The notes under the pieces are model-generated. The model had not been told where the DNA came from, did no database searches, and saw only the letters and a list, made by a program, of their open reading frames with translations. 64,000 bases of DNA from a virus, in the IMG/VR virus record IMGVR_UViG_3300046008_000478, positions 1 through 64,000 of that record; one strand, 5' to 3'. The stretch's first letter is position 1. The number at the start of each line of letters is the position of its first letter. A program made the translations under genes and the position numbers. Below, in pieces: positions 63,440 through 64,000 of this stretch.

Positions 63440-64000
63440 ATGGGCCACTTACTGCTTCCATCGTCTGAAACGCCTATGTGCGTATACACGGTAACCAATA
63501 CTTTAAGCGGCAAGACGTATGTTGGTCAGACGACAAAGCTGGCTGGTGACCGCTGGTACAAGCACGTATGGAATAAAGAAGGGTCTGCAATAAGTGCAGC
63601 AATCAACAAATACGGGGTCGATAATTTTGAATTTGCAGTTATCGACAACGCTGAAAATATTGACCAGTTAAATCACAAAGAGGACTTCTGGGTAAAGAGG
63701 CTGAACACGCTATCACCGTTTGGGTACAACTTGTTGCACGGCGGGAAAAACAGAATACCGTCTGAAGAAACACGGAAGAAGCAATCTGCATCAAAGCGTG
63801 GTAAGCCGTCAGTCCCTGAGCATGTTGAGAAGCGCACCATCGCACTCCGCGCATATCACGCGGCGTTGCCAAAGACGCCAAAGCCTCCAAAGGTGTACGT
63901 TGACAGGAAGTCGCCTGAGTATCGCGCAAAGATGTCTGCCGCCAAGATGGGCACCCGCATAACTCATAGGTCAATCAATGCCACAAACCGGACAGGTAAG
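63440..64000 (+). CDS. GIY-YIG/NUMOD3 homing endonuclease (partial, runs off window end)
   Basis: Not in ORF track. Manual translation: CVYTVTNTLSGKTYVGQT...AINKYGVDNF...E..W...NT..P.GYNL..GG...SEETRKKQS. Confidence 0.88.
   Translation, partial: MGHLLLPSSETPMCVYTVTNTLSGKTYVGQTTKLAGDRWYKHVWNKEGSAISAAINKYGVDNFEFAVIDNAENIDQLNHKEDFWVKRLNTLSPFGYNLLHGGKNRIPSEETRKKQSASKRGKPSVPEHVEKRTIALRAYHAALPKTPKPPKVYVDRKSPEYRAKMSAAKMGTRITHRSINATNRTGK

Noticed and set aside
1-64000. CRISPR array or stop-codon reassignment
   Set aside because: No regularly spaced repeat-spacer array noticed; genes are intact in the standard code and use all three stops

Overview
This window is a 64-kb stretch of a tailed, probably temperate bacteriophage or prophage. 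The host is inferred to be betaproteobacterial, and no integrase or att site lies in the window. Left part (1-13.2 kb, mostly minus strand): recombination genes (RdgC, SSB, YqaJ exonuclease, ERF), NinB, a replication initiator with iteron-like repeats, a cro/cI switch, and an early operon of small genes that includes a complete HDAC-family deacetylase. Right part (13.3-64 kb, plus strand): VRR-NUC, a Q-like antiterminator, two non-coding islands of highly structured and partly tRNA-mimicking RNAs, terminase, portal, an N4-gp56-type major capsid, podovirus-like adaptor, tail and fibre genes, lysis genes, ejection proteins and a giant polyvalent protein. Five free-standing homing endonucleases (3 HNH, 2 GIY-YIG) are present. 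Most notable: (i) a GIY-YIG gene splits the giant protein inside a conserved domain with no intron or intein, and the two halves gain complementary Cys-bearing ends (...LEVNCD* / MACQYTY...); (ii) an HNH gene has captured a host gene start and is followed by a synonymously recoded duplicate of it; (iii) small +1-frame ORFs are nested in linkers of the giant gene; (iv) there are ornate and tRNA-like ncRNAs; (v) a late-promoter leader hairpin occurs twice with covariation. All functional calls come from motif recognition by eye; no database searches were run.
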